Notes under the pieces: model-generated | Database searches by the model: none | What the model was told of the DNA's origin: nothing | What the model saw: only the letters and a program-made list of their open reading frames with translations | Position numbers and translations under genes: made by a program | NCBI GenBank assembly: GCA_963676565.1 | Contig: OY781089.1 | Location: 2,752,001 to 2,816,000 of the forward strand | DNA from: Halarcobacter sp. | Lineage (GTDB): Bacteria > Campylobacterota > Campylobacteria > Campylobacterales > Arcobacteraceae | Direction of reading: 5' to 3' | Length of the DNA: 64,000 nt | In this document: positions 50,007 to 61,024 of the stretch, one piece after another | Numbering within the stretch: position 1 is the stretch's first letter | Layout of the letters: each line of letters opens with the position of its first letter

Positions 50007-50816
50007 ATGCAATTATTTGTAAAGTTTATTGTACTACTTTTTTTATCAGTTTTTTCTTTTGCAGTTGAGCTACAAAAGCCTTTAACTTATGAAGAACAAA
50101 ATATAAATGGTTGGTTTATGAGTGAAAAACTTGATGGAATAAGGGGATATTGGGATGGAAAGCAGTTATTAACAAGAAAAGGTAAAAAGATATATCCACC
50201 AAAATGGTTTATAAAAAACTTCCCAAATTTTGAACTTGACGGGGAATTATGGACAAAAAGAAATGATTTTGAAAATATACAAAATATAATAATGGACAAA
50301 AAGCCAAGTGAAGATTGGAAAAATATAACTTATAATATATTTGAAGTTCCAAATACAAAGGGAGATTTTTTTCAAAGATTAGAAAAGGCTAAGTCTTGGT
50401 TTAAAAAGCACCCAAATAAATATGTAAATATTATAAAGCAAATAAAAATAAAAGATGAAAACCATCTAAATAATTACATGGAAGAGATAATATCAAAAAA
50501 AGGTGAAGGAGTTATTGTAAAAGATCCAAGCAAAAACTACCATACAGGAAGAAGTCCTCATATTCTAAAGCTTAAAAAAGCACAAGATATAGAAGGAGTT
50601 GTGATAAGAGTTAATTTTAATGAAAAAACAAAATTATTGAAAAGCCTTGTAATAAAACTTGATAATGGGATAACTTTTAATCTAGGAAATGGTTTTACAA
50701 ATAAACAAAGGAAAAACTATCCAAAAATTGGTGAGATAGTAACCTTTAAATATTTTGGTTTCACTAAATATGGGAAACCAAAATTTGCCTCTTTTTTACA
50801 TGTAAGAAAAGATTAA
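50007..50816 (+). CDS. Minimal ATP-dependent DNA ligase with signal peptide (Lig E type)
   Basis: SEKLDGIR motif I, LDGELW, GEGV, LKLK, OB domain ending GKPKFASF; signal peptide from ATG 50007. Confidence 0.9.
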   Translation: MQLFVKFIVLLFLSVFSFAVELQKPLTYEEQNINGWFMSEKLDGIRGYWDGKQLLTRKGKKIYPPKWFIKNFPNFELDGELWTKRNDFENIQNIIMDKKPSEDWKNITYNIFEVPNTKGDFFQRLEKAKSWFKKHPNKYVNIIKQIKIKDENHLNNYMEEIISKKGEGVIVKDPSKNYHTGRSPHILKLKKAQDIEGVVIRVNFNEKTKLLKSLVIKLDNGITFNLGNGFTNKQRKNYPKIGEIVTFKYFGFTKYGKPKFASFLHVRKD

Positions 50817-51661
50817 AAAGAGTTAATTATCAAGTTTACTCTTTCTAACTGTTTTTCAAAGGTAAACTCTTTGGCAACATTATAGTTTTGTTCTTTTATG
50901 GTATTTAATTCAGTGTCATCATGTAAAAGTGCATCAAGTTTAAACTGCATACTTCTATCTTGAGGGGATTCCATAGTTGAAAAAACATCCACTAATTCAG
51001 AAGCATCATTTGTAACCGTTGTAAAAACAGCACATTTACAATACATAGCTTTTAGAATGTTTGTATTAAAAGTTTTGTTTGTTGTTGGGAGCAAAAATAT
51101 ATCAGAAGCTATAAAAAGTTTGTCCATATCTTCAAAATCATCCAATAAAATCAATTTTTCACTTAAATCCATACGAGATATTTTAAATTTTAGATTCGCA
51201 ATCTCTTTTTTATCTCCTGCAATAATGGCTACAAAATTTTTATAATTTAGATAGTTAATTATATTTAAGAAATCATATACACCAGAAGTTTTAAAGTTTT
51301 TTGCTGTAAAAAGAAGTGTTTTTTTACTAGTTTCAATATCTAATTGGGAATATACTTTATTTCTAATTTTATCTATATCATCATATTTTATATCAATTGA
51401 TGGATAAACAACTTCGATTTTCTCTTCAAATTCACTAAGTTCTTTTTTTATTCTGTTTGAATTTACAATTACTTTTTTTGCATTTTGAATATTCTCTAAA
51501 GTTTCTTTATCTATATTTCCACTATGAAAATATATATCGGCATTTTCTTTTCTTTTAAGTATTTTTCCAAATACTGAAGACTTTGGAAGCTCTTTTAAAT
51601 TTTCATCTTCTAAAATTTTTTTTATTAATTTTGTTTTTGATTTATAACTTATAGTTTTCAT
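50813..51661 (-). CDS. GT4-like glycosyltransferase homolog, short and degenerate
   Basis: C-terminal GT-B domain (ASDIFLLPT...ILKAM). Confidence 0.7.
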   Translation of the reverse strand: MKTISYKSKTKLIKKILEDENLKELPKSSVFGKILKRKENADIYFHSGNIDKETLENIQNAKKVIVNSNRIKKELSEFEEKIEVVYPSIDIKYDDIDKIRNKVYSQLDIETSKKTLLFTAKNFKTSGVYDFLNIINYLNYKNFVAIIAGDKKEIANLKFKISRMDLSEKLILLDDFEDMDKLFIASDIFLLPTTNKTFNTNILKAMYCKCAVFTTVTNDASELVDVFSTMESPQDRSMQFKLDALLHDDTELNTIKEQNYNVAKEFTFEKQLERVNLIINSF

Positions 51662-51760
51662 TGTGACATTTTATTATCAATGTACTTAAAGAATTGATGC
51701 TTTTATAATAATTTTATTTATAATTAGTAATAATTATAATTATATATTTAGGCGAAGAAT

Positions 51761-52090
51761 ATGATAAAAAAATCTTATATAAAAGAATATTTCAAAACAA
51801 TCAATAACATAAAAAATTTAGATTTGAAAAAAGTACTAAATTGGGGTTTTTATTTTTCTCATAATAAAAAAGAACATCTAATTATTGTAAGTAATCATTC
51901 TATTTTAAGTAAATATGATTTTAAAGAAATTGTTTCTTGCGATAACACTTACTATCTCCAAATTGCAAAGAATGAGATACATACAGAAGAATCTTTATAC
52001 GAAAGATGTATAGAACTTTATGAATTTTCAAAAAATTTAGGAATTGAAAGTTTTGACGGTTTTGATGTTGAAGAGGTTTTAAAACCTTAG
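51761..52090 (+). CDS. RraB-like domain protein
   Basis: WGFYF...FDGFDV pattern, 109 aa. Confidence 0.55.
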   Translation: MIKKSYIKEYFKTINNIKNLDLKKVLNWGFYFSHNKKEHLIIVSNHSILSKYDFKEIVSCDNTYYLQIAKNEIHTEESLYERCIELYEFSKNLGIESFDGFDVEEVLKP

Positions 52091-53850
52091 TTTAATTGAT
52101 GATTAAATTCAGGTACTATCTCTTTTAATTTTGAAATTTTATCTTCACAAACTAATAGTTCTTCAATATCACTATTAAGTTTATCAATATCGTAGTCAGT
52201 TTTACTTGCAACTGTTATTGACTCATATTGTGTTTTCATATCACTATCATTTATTAATAATTCTTCATAAAGTTTTTCGCCTGGTCTCAACCCACAAAAT
52301 TCAATTTGGATATCTTTTTTACCACTTAGATCAATCATTTTTTTGGCTAAATCCACAATTTTGATTGGTTCTCCCATATCAAGAATAAATATCTCACCAC
52401 CCTTTCCTAAACTTGCTGCTTGCAAAACTAATTCACAAGCTTCTGGAATAAGCATAAAATATCTAGTAATATCAGGATGAGTTACGGTAATAGGTCCACC
52501 ATTTTGAATTTGAGATTTAAATTTAGGAATTACACTTCCACTACTTCCTAACACATTTCCAAATCTAACTGAAATAATTTCTGTATTTTTACTCTCAACA
52601 TTTTGAGCATAAAGTTCACAAACTCTTTTAGTAGTTCCCATTACATTTGTAGGTCTTACAGCTTTATCTGTAGAGATTAAAACAAACTTCTCAACACCAT
52701 ATTTAATAGACAAATCAATACTATTTTTTGTTCCAATAATATTATTTGAGATACCTTCTAAAATATTTTCTTCTACCAATGGCACATGTTTATATGCTGC
52801 AGCATGTATAACTATTTGTGGTTTATATTTTTCAAAAGTAGACTCTAAAAAGCTTAAATTTCTAACTGTTTGCATAACAGAAACTATAGTATTATCATTT
52901 AATTCTTCCGTTATCTTGTAAAGATTATATTCACTATGATCTAAAAGTATTAATTGTTTTGCACCAAAAAGTTTACACTGTCTACTAATCTCAGAGCCAA
53001 TACTTCCACCAGCTCCAGTTATAAGTACTACTTTGTTCTTAATAAAAGACTCGATTTTTTGTTTATCTAAATCTTTTGGATGTCTTGCAAGCAAGTCTTC
53101 TACAGAGATATCTTTTAACTCTTTTGTATTTGTTGAACTTAGCGTGTTAATTTTTTTAATATCATTTATACCTAAGTCATTTAAAATCTCAAAAATGTTA
53201 ATCAATCTATTTTGTTCATAATCCTTTGAGATAATTACAGCTTCGATACTTTTTGTTTTAATTATGTTTTCCATATCTTCAAAAGAAGATACTTTCAGAT
53301 TCATAATATAGCTATTTATTAAATTTTTATTATCGTCTATAATTGAAACAGGGGTATAATCAATATTTTTAGAATCATTTAATATATTTTTTATACTATT
53401 ATCAGCTCCTAGGATAAGTGTATTTTTGTATTTAGTACCTTTACCACTTTCTATAATAATTCTTTTTGAAAGTCTTAATAAAGAGATAAATACCAAAGAA
53501 AACATAAAATCTATGATAATAATACTTCTAGCTAAAGGGCTGAGTTCTTCTCTAAAAAGAATAAATACAATAATAAATAATCCATAAGTTAAGATATGAG
53601 CTAATATGATTTTTTTTATTTCATATAAAGAGAAAAATCGCCACGCTGTTCTATATAATTTAAAATAAATAAAAAAAGAAACTTTTATAAAAAATATTAT
53701 AAAAAATATTATAAAGAAATTATTTAAAAAATCTGTAGGTATATCAAAATTAAATCTAAGATTATAAGATAAATATAATGACGTAAGGGACAATAAAAAA
53801 TCAAATACTAAAAAAAATATTATTCTTTTTAGAGGAGAAGGTTTTAGCAA
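52087..53850 (-). CDS. pglF: UDP-N-acetylglucosamine 4,6-dehydratase (PglF/WbpM/CapD)
   Basis: Four TM helices, TGAGGSIGSE, HAAAYKHVP, STDKAVRPTNVMG, RFGNVLGSSGSV. Confidence 0.92.
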   Translation of the reverse strand: MLKPSPLKRIIFFLVFDFLLSLTSLYLSYNLRFNFDIPTDFLNNFFIIFFIIFFIKVSFFIYFKLYRTAWRFFSLYEIKKIILAHILTYGLFIIVFILFREELSPLARSIIIIDFMFSLVFISLLRLSKRIIIESGKGTKYKNTLILGADNSIKNILNDSKNIDYTPVSIIDDNKNLINSYIMNLKVSSFEDMENIIKTKSIEAVIISKDYEQNRLINIFEILNDLGINDIKKINTLSSTNTKELKDISVEDLLARHPKDLDKQKIESFIKNKVVLITGAGGSIGSEISRQCKLFGAKQLILLDHSEYNLYKITEELNDNTIVSVMQTVRNLSFLESTFEKYKPQIVIHAAAYKHVPLVEENILEGISNNIIGTKNSIDLSIKYGVEKFVLISTDKAVRPTNVMGTTKRVCELYAQNVESKNTEIISVRFGNVLGSSGSVIPKFKSQIQNGGPITVTHPDITRYFMLIPEACELVLQAASLGKGGEIFILDMGEPIKIVDLAKKMIDLSGKKDIQIEFCGLRPGEKLYEELLINDSDMKTQYESITVASKTDYDIDKLNSDIEELLVCEDKISKLKEIVPEFNHQLN

Positions 53851-53894
53851 GTATCAAATCCTTTTTTATAATAGATTGAATTATACTAAACTTG

Positions 53895-54866
53895 CTATGA
53901 AAACTTGATAAATTCTTTCTTTTCATCTATATGTTTCATAATAATACCCAATAAAAATATACTAAATATAAAAGTAATAAAAATATTAGAGATAAAATAA
54001 ACTAAGCAAAATAAAATTATATTTACAACTATTGCATAATTTGTAACCTTATAATGACTCCATCCAACTTGTGTAAGTCTTTGATATGCATGTTTCTTAT
54101 GAGCTTGAGATAATTTTTCACCATTTAATTTTCTTCGTATCAAAGTAACAGTAGCATCAAACCAAAACAAAGAAAACAAAATAATCCATATCCAAAAATT
54201 TTCACTAGTTTGATTTGAATAATAAATTGTAAAAACGGCAATATTGTACCCTAATAAAGTGCTACCAACATCCCCCATAAATATCTTTGCTTTATTCCAA
54301 TTCCAGTATAAAAATCCAAGAATTGAAACAATTAAAACTATAAAATGATTTCCATTAAAAAGAATAAATCCAGCTAAAGATAAAAATATAGCTTCACTTC
54401 CAGCATAACCATTTATTCCATCCAAGAAATTATAAAGATTTATAAACCAAATAATCATAAAAAATGCAAATATATTTGTAACTATTTGATTTTCTATAGA
54501 AAAAACAAAAAAATCTAAACTCCCAAATCCACCTAAAAAATACAATCCACCTAATGATACAAAGGATTGAACGATAAGTCTTAACTTAGCACTTAACTCA
54601 TAAATATCATCAAAAAAACTAATTAAACTAATCACTATGCCAACTAAAAGTGCATAAAAAAGGTTTAAGTCTATATCATCAGTAAAATACAGATAAAGTA
54701 AACCTAAAAACCAAGTGATAGCTAAAGCTATACCACCACCATGGGGAGTGGGTACAGTATGAGAACTTCGTTCATTTACAGTAGCAACTAGTGATTTTTT
54801 TATAGCATACTCTTTTATAAAATATGTAAGTGAAAATGAGATTAAAAGTAATATTAAATAAATCAA
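53895..54866 (-). CDS. Undecaprenyl-phosphate sugar-1-phosphate transferase (WbpL/WecA family)
   Basis: RSSHTVPTPHGGG, FFDD, NFLDGING, FMGDVGS, HAYQRL. Confidence 0.9.
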   Translation of the reverse strand: MIYLILLLISFSLTYFIKEYAIKKSLVATVNERSSHTVPTPHGGGIALAITWFLGLLYLYFTDDIDLNLFYALLVGIVISLISFFDDIYELSAKLRLIVQSFVSLGGLYFLGGFGSLDFFVFSIENQIVTNIFAFFMIIWFINLYNFLDGINGYAGSEAIFLSLAGFILFNGNHFIVLIVSILGFLYWNWNKAKIFMGDVGSTLLGYNIAVFTIYYSNQTSENFWIWIILFSLFWFDATVTLIRRKLNGEKLSQAHKKHAYQRLTQVGWSHYKVTNYAIVVNIILFCLVYFISNIFITFIFSIFLLGIIMKHIDEKKEFIKFS

Positions 54867-55720
54867 TCTTTGCCTTTTATCATAAGTTTTATACCTTCTT
54901 CAACAGAATATAGGTTTTTAAGATTTAATTTCTCTTTTGTAATACTATTATCAATCTCTAAACTACCATATAATCTTTTATGAAATGAAGGTTTTACTAT
55001 TTTTAATAAACTTTCAAAAAATGGTATTTTAATTAAAAAAACTTTTTTATCAAGATTTTTTGCTATAAATTCACAAAGCCTTGTTGTGCTTAGAGGTTCA
55101 TTATCACTTGCTAAAAAGATTCCTGATTTTTGTTGCTCAATTACAATATCTACTAAGTGACAAAGGTTCCCTATATATACCATGCTTCTTTTGTTTTCTA
55201 TTTTTCCAAAAGGTAATATTGAAATTTTGTTTACTAGATTTACTAGATTTTTAATATTTGCTTTTACACCATATCCATAAACTATAGGAGTTCTTATAAT
55301 ACTAATTTTAAAATTCTCGTCTTTTAACTTTTGTAGTTCTAATTCAGCTTTTAGTTTACTTTTTCCATATTCATCTTCTGGATTACAAACAGTATTTTCA
55401 GTATATTTATTATTTGTCTCTTCTCCATACACTTTAACTGTACTCATAAAAATAAAGTGTTTTACTCCACTTTCTTTTGCTTTTCTAGCTAACTCTAAAG
55501 TTTGAATAACATTTACTTTTTCATATTCTTTAGCACTTGCTCCATTCATTTGATGAACCAATGCCGAAAGATGAAAAACTACATCAATTTCATTACAATC
55601 TAAAGTATTCATATCATCTTTTAAAAAACTAAAAGTTTTTATCTGATATTTTTCTTTATATTTATTTATAAAATAATTTCCTATGAAGCCTGATGAACCT
55701 GTGATTAATATTTTTTTCAC
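54863..55720 (-). CDS. NAD-dependent epimerase/4-reductase (WbpV/WbpK-like)
   Basis: TGSSGFIG, YGKSK, RSMVYIGNL. Confidence 0.85.
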   Translation of the reverse strand: MKKILITGSSGFIGNYFINKYKEKYQIKTFSFLKDDMNTLDCNEIDVVFHLSALVHQMNGASAKEYEKVNVIQTLELARKAKESGVKHFIFMSTVKVYGEETNNKYTENTVCNPEDEYGKSKLKAELELQKLKDENFKISIIRTPIVYGYGVKANIKNLVNLVNKISILPFGKIENKRSMVYIGNLCHLVDIVIEQQKSGIFLASDNEPLSTTRLCEFIAKNLDKKVFLIKIPFFESLLKIVKPSFHKRLYGSLEIDNSITKEKLNLKNLYSVEEGIKLMIKGKD

Positions 55721-56841
55721 ACTTTACCTTCATATATCTCAAAATGTTTTTGAATTACTTTTTTTATATCAAATTCTTGTTCTGCAAGCTTTCTACTATT
55801 TCTTCCCATATTATTTCTCAAATCACTATCTAATATAAGTTTTTCAATACACTTAGCTAAAGATTCTGCATCTTTTACTTTACAAAATAGACCTGTTTTA
55901 TTTTCAATAATAGTATCCTTACATCCTGGCATATTTGTTGTAACTATTGCTCTTCCACAAGATGCTGCTTCAATAAGAACTTTAGGTAATCCTTCACCAT
56001 AGTATGATGGTAAAACTATAATGTCAGACTTTTGAAAAACTGACTTAATATTACTACTAAACCCTTTTACATTAAAGTTTGGAATTTTTGAAATTTTATC
56101 CAAGTCACCTTTTGTTAAAGAGTTCGGATTACCTTCATCTATTTCTCCATACAGCTCAAACTCTACTTTCATATCTCTTTTTTCTAATATTTTAGCTGCC
56201 TCTGCAAACTCAAATACTCCTTTTTCTTTTAATAATCTTGATGCCATAACTACTTTAGGTATAATATTTTCAGATGATTTATAAAAGTATTGTTTGAGAT
56301 CCACTCCAGAACCTTTTATTAAAGTTATATCTTTATTATTTATAGTGTCAAAGCTCAGAATAACTTTTTTGTCTTCAGGATTTTGAACTATTACATGAGA
56401 GTTATCACCACCTAGTGCAATTTTATACATTATCCTAACAATTGTTCTTACCATTTTTGCCTTAATACTCTGTGCTACAAAAACAAAACCTAACCCAGAA
56501 ATAGCAAAAACTTTTCTAAAGTGTCCTAAAAACCTTGAAACAATACCACCATAAAGTACAGGCTTGATAGTAACAAAATGGACAATATCAGGACTTACTT
56601 TTTTTAAAAGCTTATATATTTCTAAAAAAGATTTTATTTCATTTTTTATTCCCATACCACTTCGTGATATATTAATAGGGTGAACGGTTAAACCTAAACT
56701 TTCTAAATACCCTTTTTTATCAGTAATTCCACAAGCTATATGAACTTCATAACCTTTTTTTAAAGCTTCCAAAGATAAAGGCAATCTATGAGAAATAAAA
56801 AACCAATCTACATTGATTACAAATAAAATTTTTTTAGTCAA
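55717..56841 (-). CDS. GT4 glycosyltransferase (CapM-like)
   Basis: WFFISHRL, GSGVD, EGLPKVLIEA. Confidence 0.9.
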   Translation of the reverse strand: MTKKILFVINVDWFFISHRLPLSLEALKKGYEVHIACGITDKKGYLESLGLTVHPINISRSGMGIKNEIKSFLEIYKLLKKVSPDIVHFVTIKPVLYGGIVSRFLGHFRKVFAISGLGFVFVAQSIKAKMVRTIVRIMYKIALGGDNSHVIVQNPEDKKVILSFDTINNKDITLIKGSGVDLKQYFYKSSENIIPKVVMASRLLKEKGVFEFAEAAKILEKRDMKVEFELYGEIDEGNPNSLTKGDLDKISKIPNFNVKGFSSNIKSVFQKSDIIVLPSYYGEGLPKVLIEAASCGRAIVTTNMPGCKDTIIENKTGLFCKVKDAESLAKCIEKLILDSDLRNNMGRNSRKLAEQEFDIKKVIQKHFEIYEGKV

Positions 56842-58009
56842 TTTCTAATACCTTTTTATACTTTTCTAGTATTCTTTTTTTTGAAAATTCATAAACTCTT
56901 TTATGCACTTTTTTCTTAAAATTTTTATAAATATTAGTATCTAAATAATATTCTATCGCTTCTATAATATTTATTAAACTTTTTTCAGGTATCAATATCC
57001 CATATTCTACTATTTCTAAATTTTTTTTCAAATGTCCTTTTTGTATATTATAACTTGGATTTAAAATTTCTCTTGGACCTGTTTTACAGTCAGTTGATAT
57101 TACTGGAAGCTCACAGCACATAGCTTCAATAAGTGCATTAGGGAAACCTTCACTTATAGAGGTAGAAACATAAATATAACTCTTACTCAAATAATAAAAT
57201 GGATTTTTCACATTTCCTAAAAAATGGATTTTTTTTGATAATTTATATTCTTGAACCAACTCTTCTAATTTAGTTTTTTGTTCACCATCCCCTAAAAATA
57301 TAAGTTCCAAATTATTATGTTTTCTTTCTATACTTATAAATGCTTTTAAAAGATCAATTTGTCTTTTATCTTTATGAAATCTTCCCATAGAAATAATGTA
57401 TTTTTTTTCTTTATTGAATTTAAAAATAGCTTCACTATCATCATTTTTAAGCAAGTTTATTTTTTCAATATCAATAGGATTATTTATCACTATATTTTTA
57501 TTTTTTAAATTAAAAGTTTCTATATATTCTAATTTCATTGCTTCTGCTTTAAAAATCAATAAATCTGCATATTTATAAAGTCTTTTAATTAAAAATAAAT
57601 TTATTTTTGAAGATATTCTATTATCGCTATATTTTGCTAAAGCTGATACAGCACTGACAAGTTGAACATTATGATTAGAACCAAAAAATCTAGCAAATAT
57701 ATTAACGTAGTTGGCTCGAAATAAGTGACTTTGAACAACTTCTATATTATTTTCCTCAATATATTTTTTTAGTCTATATCCAAAAACTAAAAGCATTATA
57801 AACTTTTTTATAGAATTTTCTTTACCATTATTTTGTGTTAAATAAGTAACTTTAATAGAACTATCTAAGCTATAAAAATTATCTTTTTCAAGGCATAGAA
57901 GTTCTACTTTATGTCCTTCTTCTTTAAGTGAAGAAATTATTGTAGCAAGAACTCTTTCTGCCCCACCATTAGTAAAAGAATTTATTAGAAAAGCTATTTT
58001 CTTACTCAC
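56834..58009 (-). CDS. GT4 glycosyltransferase (PglJ-like)
   Basis: GGAERV, EGFPNALIEAM, GPREIL. Confidence 0.9.
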   Translation of the reverse strand: MSKKIAFLINSFTNGGAERVLATIISSLKEEGHKVELLCLEKDNFYSLDSSIKVTYLTQNNGKENSIKKFIMLLVFGYRLKKYIEENNIEVVQSHLFRANYVNIFARFFGSNHNVQLVSAVSALAKYSDNRISSKINLFLIKRLYKYADLLIFKAEAMKLEYIETFNLKNKNIVINNPIDIEKINLLKNDDSEAIFKFNKEKKYIISMGRFHKDKRQIDLLKAFISIERKHNNLELIFLGDGEQKTKLEELVQEYKLSKKIHFLGNVKNPFYYLSKSYIYVSTSISEGFPNALIEAMCCELPVISTDCKTGPREILNPSYNIQKGHLKKNLEIVEYGILIPEKSLINIIEAIEYYLDTNIYKNFKKKVHKRVYEFSKKRILEKYKKVLEID

Positions 58010-59894
58010 TAATCATCCACCTTTCATACCATTTTTCAAATACAAGTAAAAACCATATTTTATATGGATTTACTCCTTTTTTTTTATAGTAACTATCTCT
58101 TAAAAAAATTACTTCATTTGGATTTAATAATCCTTCTTTTTTTACTCTCTTATAATCTAGATAAAAATAAACTTCATCTTTTAATTTGCCATTAAGCCAT
58201 TTATCTATGGGTATTGAAAATCCTTGTTTTTCTCGTTCCATAAGTTCTTTTGGTACATATTTATGCACTAACTCTTTTAAAAGGTACTTTTGTATTTTAT
58301 TTTTATATATTAACTTTTCTGGGATAGAACCTACATACTCTATAATTCTATGGTCTAATAATGGTTCTCTTGCTTCTATTGACTCACTCATACTTGCTCT
58401 ATCTACTTTTTGTAAAATATCATCGGGTAAATATGTCTTAAAATCTATATATTGCATAGATACATTTTCTGTCTCAGTTTGAATAACTTCTTTTCCTATA
58501 AGTTTTTTTATTTCTTCAGACAAATAATATTTATTTGCTTCTTTATAAAGTTGATTTATATTGTGAATTTTTGAAAATTTTAAAAGCTTTAATATTTTAC
58601 TTATCAAGTTCTTGCATTTATATTTGTATGGTACAAATTTAAATAAAAAGTAAAAAAACTTATCATCTATAAATTTAAAATCAAAATATTGAATAAACTT
58701 ATACTTATCATAAATCTTTTGAAGCTTCAAAGTATTAATATACTTGCCATACCCAAAGAATGTCTCATCTCCACCATCTCCTGACAGTACAACTTTCACA
58801 TCTACTCCTGCAAGTTTGGATACTGCTATTGTTGGAATTGCTGAACTATCACCAAAAGGTTCATCAAATATATCTGTAAGTGTTGGTAAAATATCAAGTA
58901 AGTTTTCTTCTGTTATATAAAGCTCTTTATGTTCAGTTCCAAGATAATTTGCTATCTCTTTTGCATATTTTGCTTCATTATATTTCTCTTCCACAAATCC
59001 TATTGTAAATGTCTTTATTTTTTGTTTGGTATGCTTTTGAAGTATTGAGGCTACTGAAACGGAATCATATCCTCCACTTAAAAAAACTCCTACAGGTACA
59101 TCAGATACCATTCTAAGTTTATATGATTCTATAAGAAGTTTTTCTAAGTCTTTTAATATCTCTTTTTCAGTTTTTTTTGTTTTTTCTTGGGTAAAGGAAT
59201 TTGTTATATCCCAATATGTTTCAATATCTATTTTATTAGTTTTTAAATTATAAGTAAGATATTTCCCTGGTTCTAACTTAAAAGTATTTTCGAATATTGT
59301 TTTAGGTGCATTTATATATCCAAATTGAAAGTATAATGACAAACTATCTAAATTTATCTTTTTATTCTTTTTAAAATTTGGGTGTTTATGAAAGGCTTTA
59401 ATTTCTGATGAAAATATAAAAATGTTTTCGTCTACATAATAATTTAATGGTTTTACTCCAAATCTATCTCTTACAATTATTATCTTATCTTTTATTTTAT
59501 CATAGATACAAAAAGCAAACATTCCTATAAATCTATCTACTGCTTTTATACCCCATTGTTTATAACTATAAAGCACTATTTCTGTATCTGAATTTGAGTT
59601 AAACTTATATCCTAAATATTCCAATTCTTTTTTTATATCTTTAAAGTTATACACTTCACCGTTAAATACTATTATATAATTCTTACAGTCACTATTCATA
59701 GGTTGATGACCATGATCAGTTAAATCTTGAATTGAAAGTCTTTTATGAGCTAATCCTATTGTAGTACTTTCAATTTGTTCATAAAAAATTCCTACATCAT
59801 CTGGTCCCCTATGATGTAGTGTTTTTATCATATCATTTAATATCTCTTTTGGAGTACTATTATTTTTATCTATAAGTCCTACTATACCACACAT
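58002..59894 (-). CDS. asnB: Asparagine synthase-like glutamine amidotransferase (polysaccharide amidation)
   Basis: MCGIVG, HRGPD, FNGEVYN, LSGGYDS, SGDGGDE, KVDRASM. Confidence 0.9.
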   Translation of the reverse strand: MCGIVGLIDKNNSTPKEILNDMIKTLHHRGPDDVGIFYEQIESTTIGLAHKRLSIQDLTDHGHQPMNSDCKNYIIVFNGEVYNFKDIKKELEYLGYKFNSNSDTEIVLYSYKQWGIKAVDRFIGMFAFCIYDKIKDKIIIVRDRFGVKPLNYYVDENIFIFSSEIKAFHKHPNFKKNKKINLDSLSLYFQFGYINAPKTIFENTFKLEPGKYLTYNLKTNKIDIETYWDITNSFTQEKTKKTEKEILKDLEKLLIESYKLRMVSDVPVGVFLSGGYDSVSVASILQKHTKQKIKTFTIGFVEEKYNEAKYAKEIANYLGTEHKELYITEENLLDILPTLTDIFDEPFGDSSAIPTIAVSKLAGVDVKVVLSGDGGDETFFGYGKYINTLKLQKIYDKYKFIQYFDFKFIDDKFFYFLFKFVPYKYKCKNLISKILKLLKFSKIHNINQLYKEANKYYLSEEIKKLIGKEVIQTETENVSMQYIDFKTYLPDDILQKVDRASMSESIEAREPLLDHRIIEYVGSIPEKLIYKNKIQKYLLKELVHKYVPKELMEREKQGFSIPIDKWLNGKLKDEVYFYLDYKRVKKEGLLNPNEVIFLRDSYYKKKGVNPYKIWFLLVFEKWYERWMISE

Positions 59895-61024
59895 TTTCTT
59901 CTCACTTGTAAAAAATCTTTGAATACAAAATATATAACAAAAAATAAAACTGTAAATTGTAATTTATGTCTCATTGCTGTACCATAATTAGAGTCAATCA
60001 TCGATGTTAAAGTTAAACCAAACAACATATAAATAAATAAAAATAAATAAAATCTATTTAGATACAAAAACTTTTTAAATTTCCTAAAATTATATAAAAA
60101 ATAAATAGCTATATAAAGAAGAAAAAGATTTTCTATAAAAGTAAATAAGGCTGGCAAATTATGAATATCCCAAGGCATAGGACCAAAAGTAAAATATACT
60201 AAACGTATAGGAGCAAACAAAAATAAATCTATAATATTTTTATAGTTCATTCCTTCTAGATAAGCTGCACCCCCTGATGTTCTATATTCCATACTTTTAT
60301 TTATAACTTCAATATAATTAGGATATAAAAACTCTACCATTATAGTAAATACTATTAAAACAAGAATTATAAGTAGTAATATTTTTTTGGGTTTGAAAAG
60401 AATAAAGGGAAATGCTATCAAAAAAGGTAAAATATAAAATGCCCTAAAGAAAACAAGAAGATAAAGTGTTAAAATTATAGTCAAAAGAGGGAATAGAATT
60501 TTTCTTTTTGTATACATAATATAAGTAAAGTATAAAACTATTGAACCTAGTAACCAAATAAAAGGTTCTCTTGTCACCATAACACTCATCAATAAGTGAG
60601 TAGGTAAAAGAGAGATAAAAGCAATAATATATAACTTATTGCAACTGTTATATTTAAAAATTTTATACAAAAAAAGCACAGAAAGATTTGAAAAAAATAT
60701 ATTTAAAAACGATGCTTTTATAAAATCATTTCCATCAAAAAATTGTATAGGTAATAACAAATATCCCATACTTATATATGAATAACTTGAAGAAGGTATC
60801 TGTTGCAAATCTTTAAAGTAATACTCATAGATATTTTTTGAATACTCAATATATCCTGATGCATCCCACATGTAAGGTATTAAATTATATTTAAAGTTAA
60901 AATAACCCAATAAAATTTGAATATTTATAATTATAAAAAATAAAATAAAAATTTTTCTTTCTTTTACTAATACGTATAATAAAAGTGAATATATTATATC
61001 TATAAAAAATAAATAATTTATCAA
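59882..61024 (-). CDS. Polytopic membrane protein, probable O-antigen polymerase (Wzy-like)
   Basis: About 10 TM helices, NYGTAMRHK; inside the polysaccharide cluster. Confidence 0.6.
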   Translation of the reverse strand: MINYLFFIDIIYSLLLYVLVKERKIFILFFIIINIQILLGYFNFKYNLIPYMWDASGYIEYSKNIYEYYFKDLQQIPSSSYSYISMGYLLLPIQFFDGNDFIKASFLNIFFSNLSVLFLYKIFKYNSCNKLYIIAFISLLPTHLLMSVMVTREPFIWLLGSIVLYFTYIMYTKRKILFPLLTIILTLYLLVFFRAFYILPFLIAFPFILFKPKKILLLIILVLIVFTIMVEFLYPNYIEVINKSMEYRTSGGAAYLEGMNYKNIIDLFLFAPIRLVYFTFGPMPWDIHNLPALFTFIENLFLLYIAIYFLYNFRKFKKFLYLNRFYLFLFIYMLFGLTLTSMIDSNYGTAMRHKLQFTVLFFVIYFVFKDFLQVRRKCVV

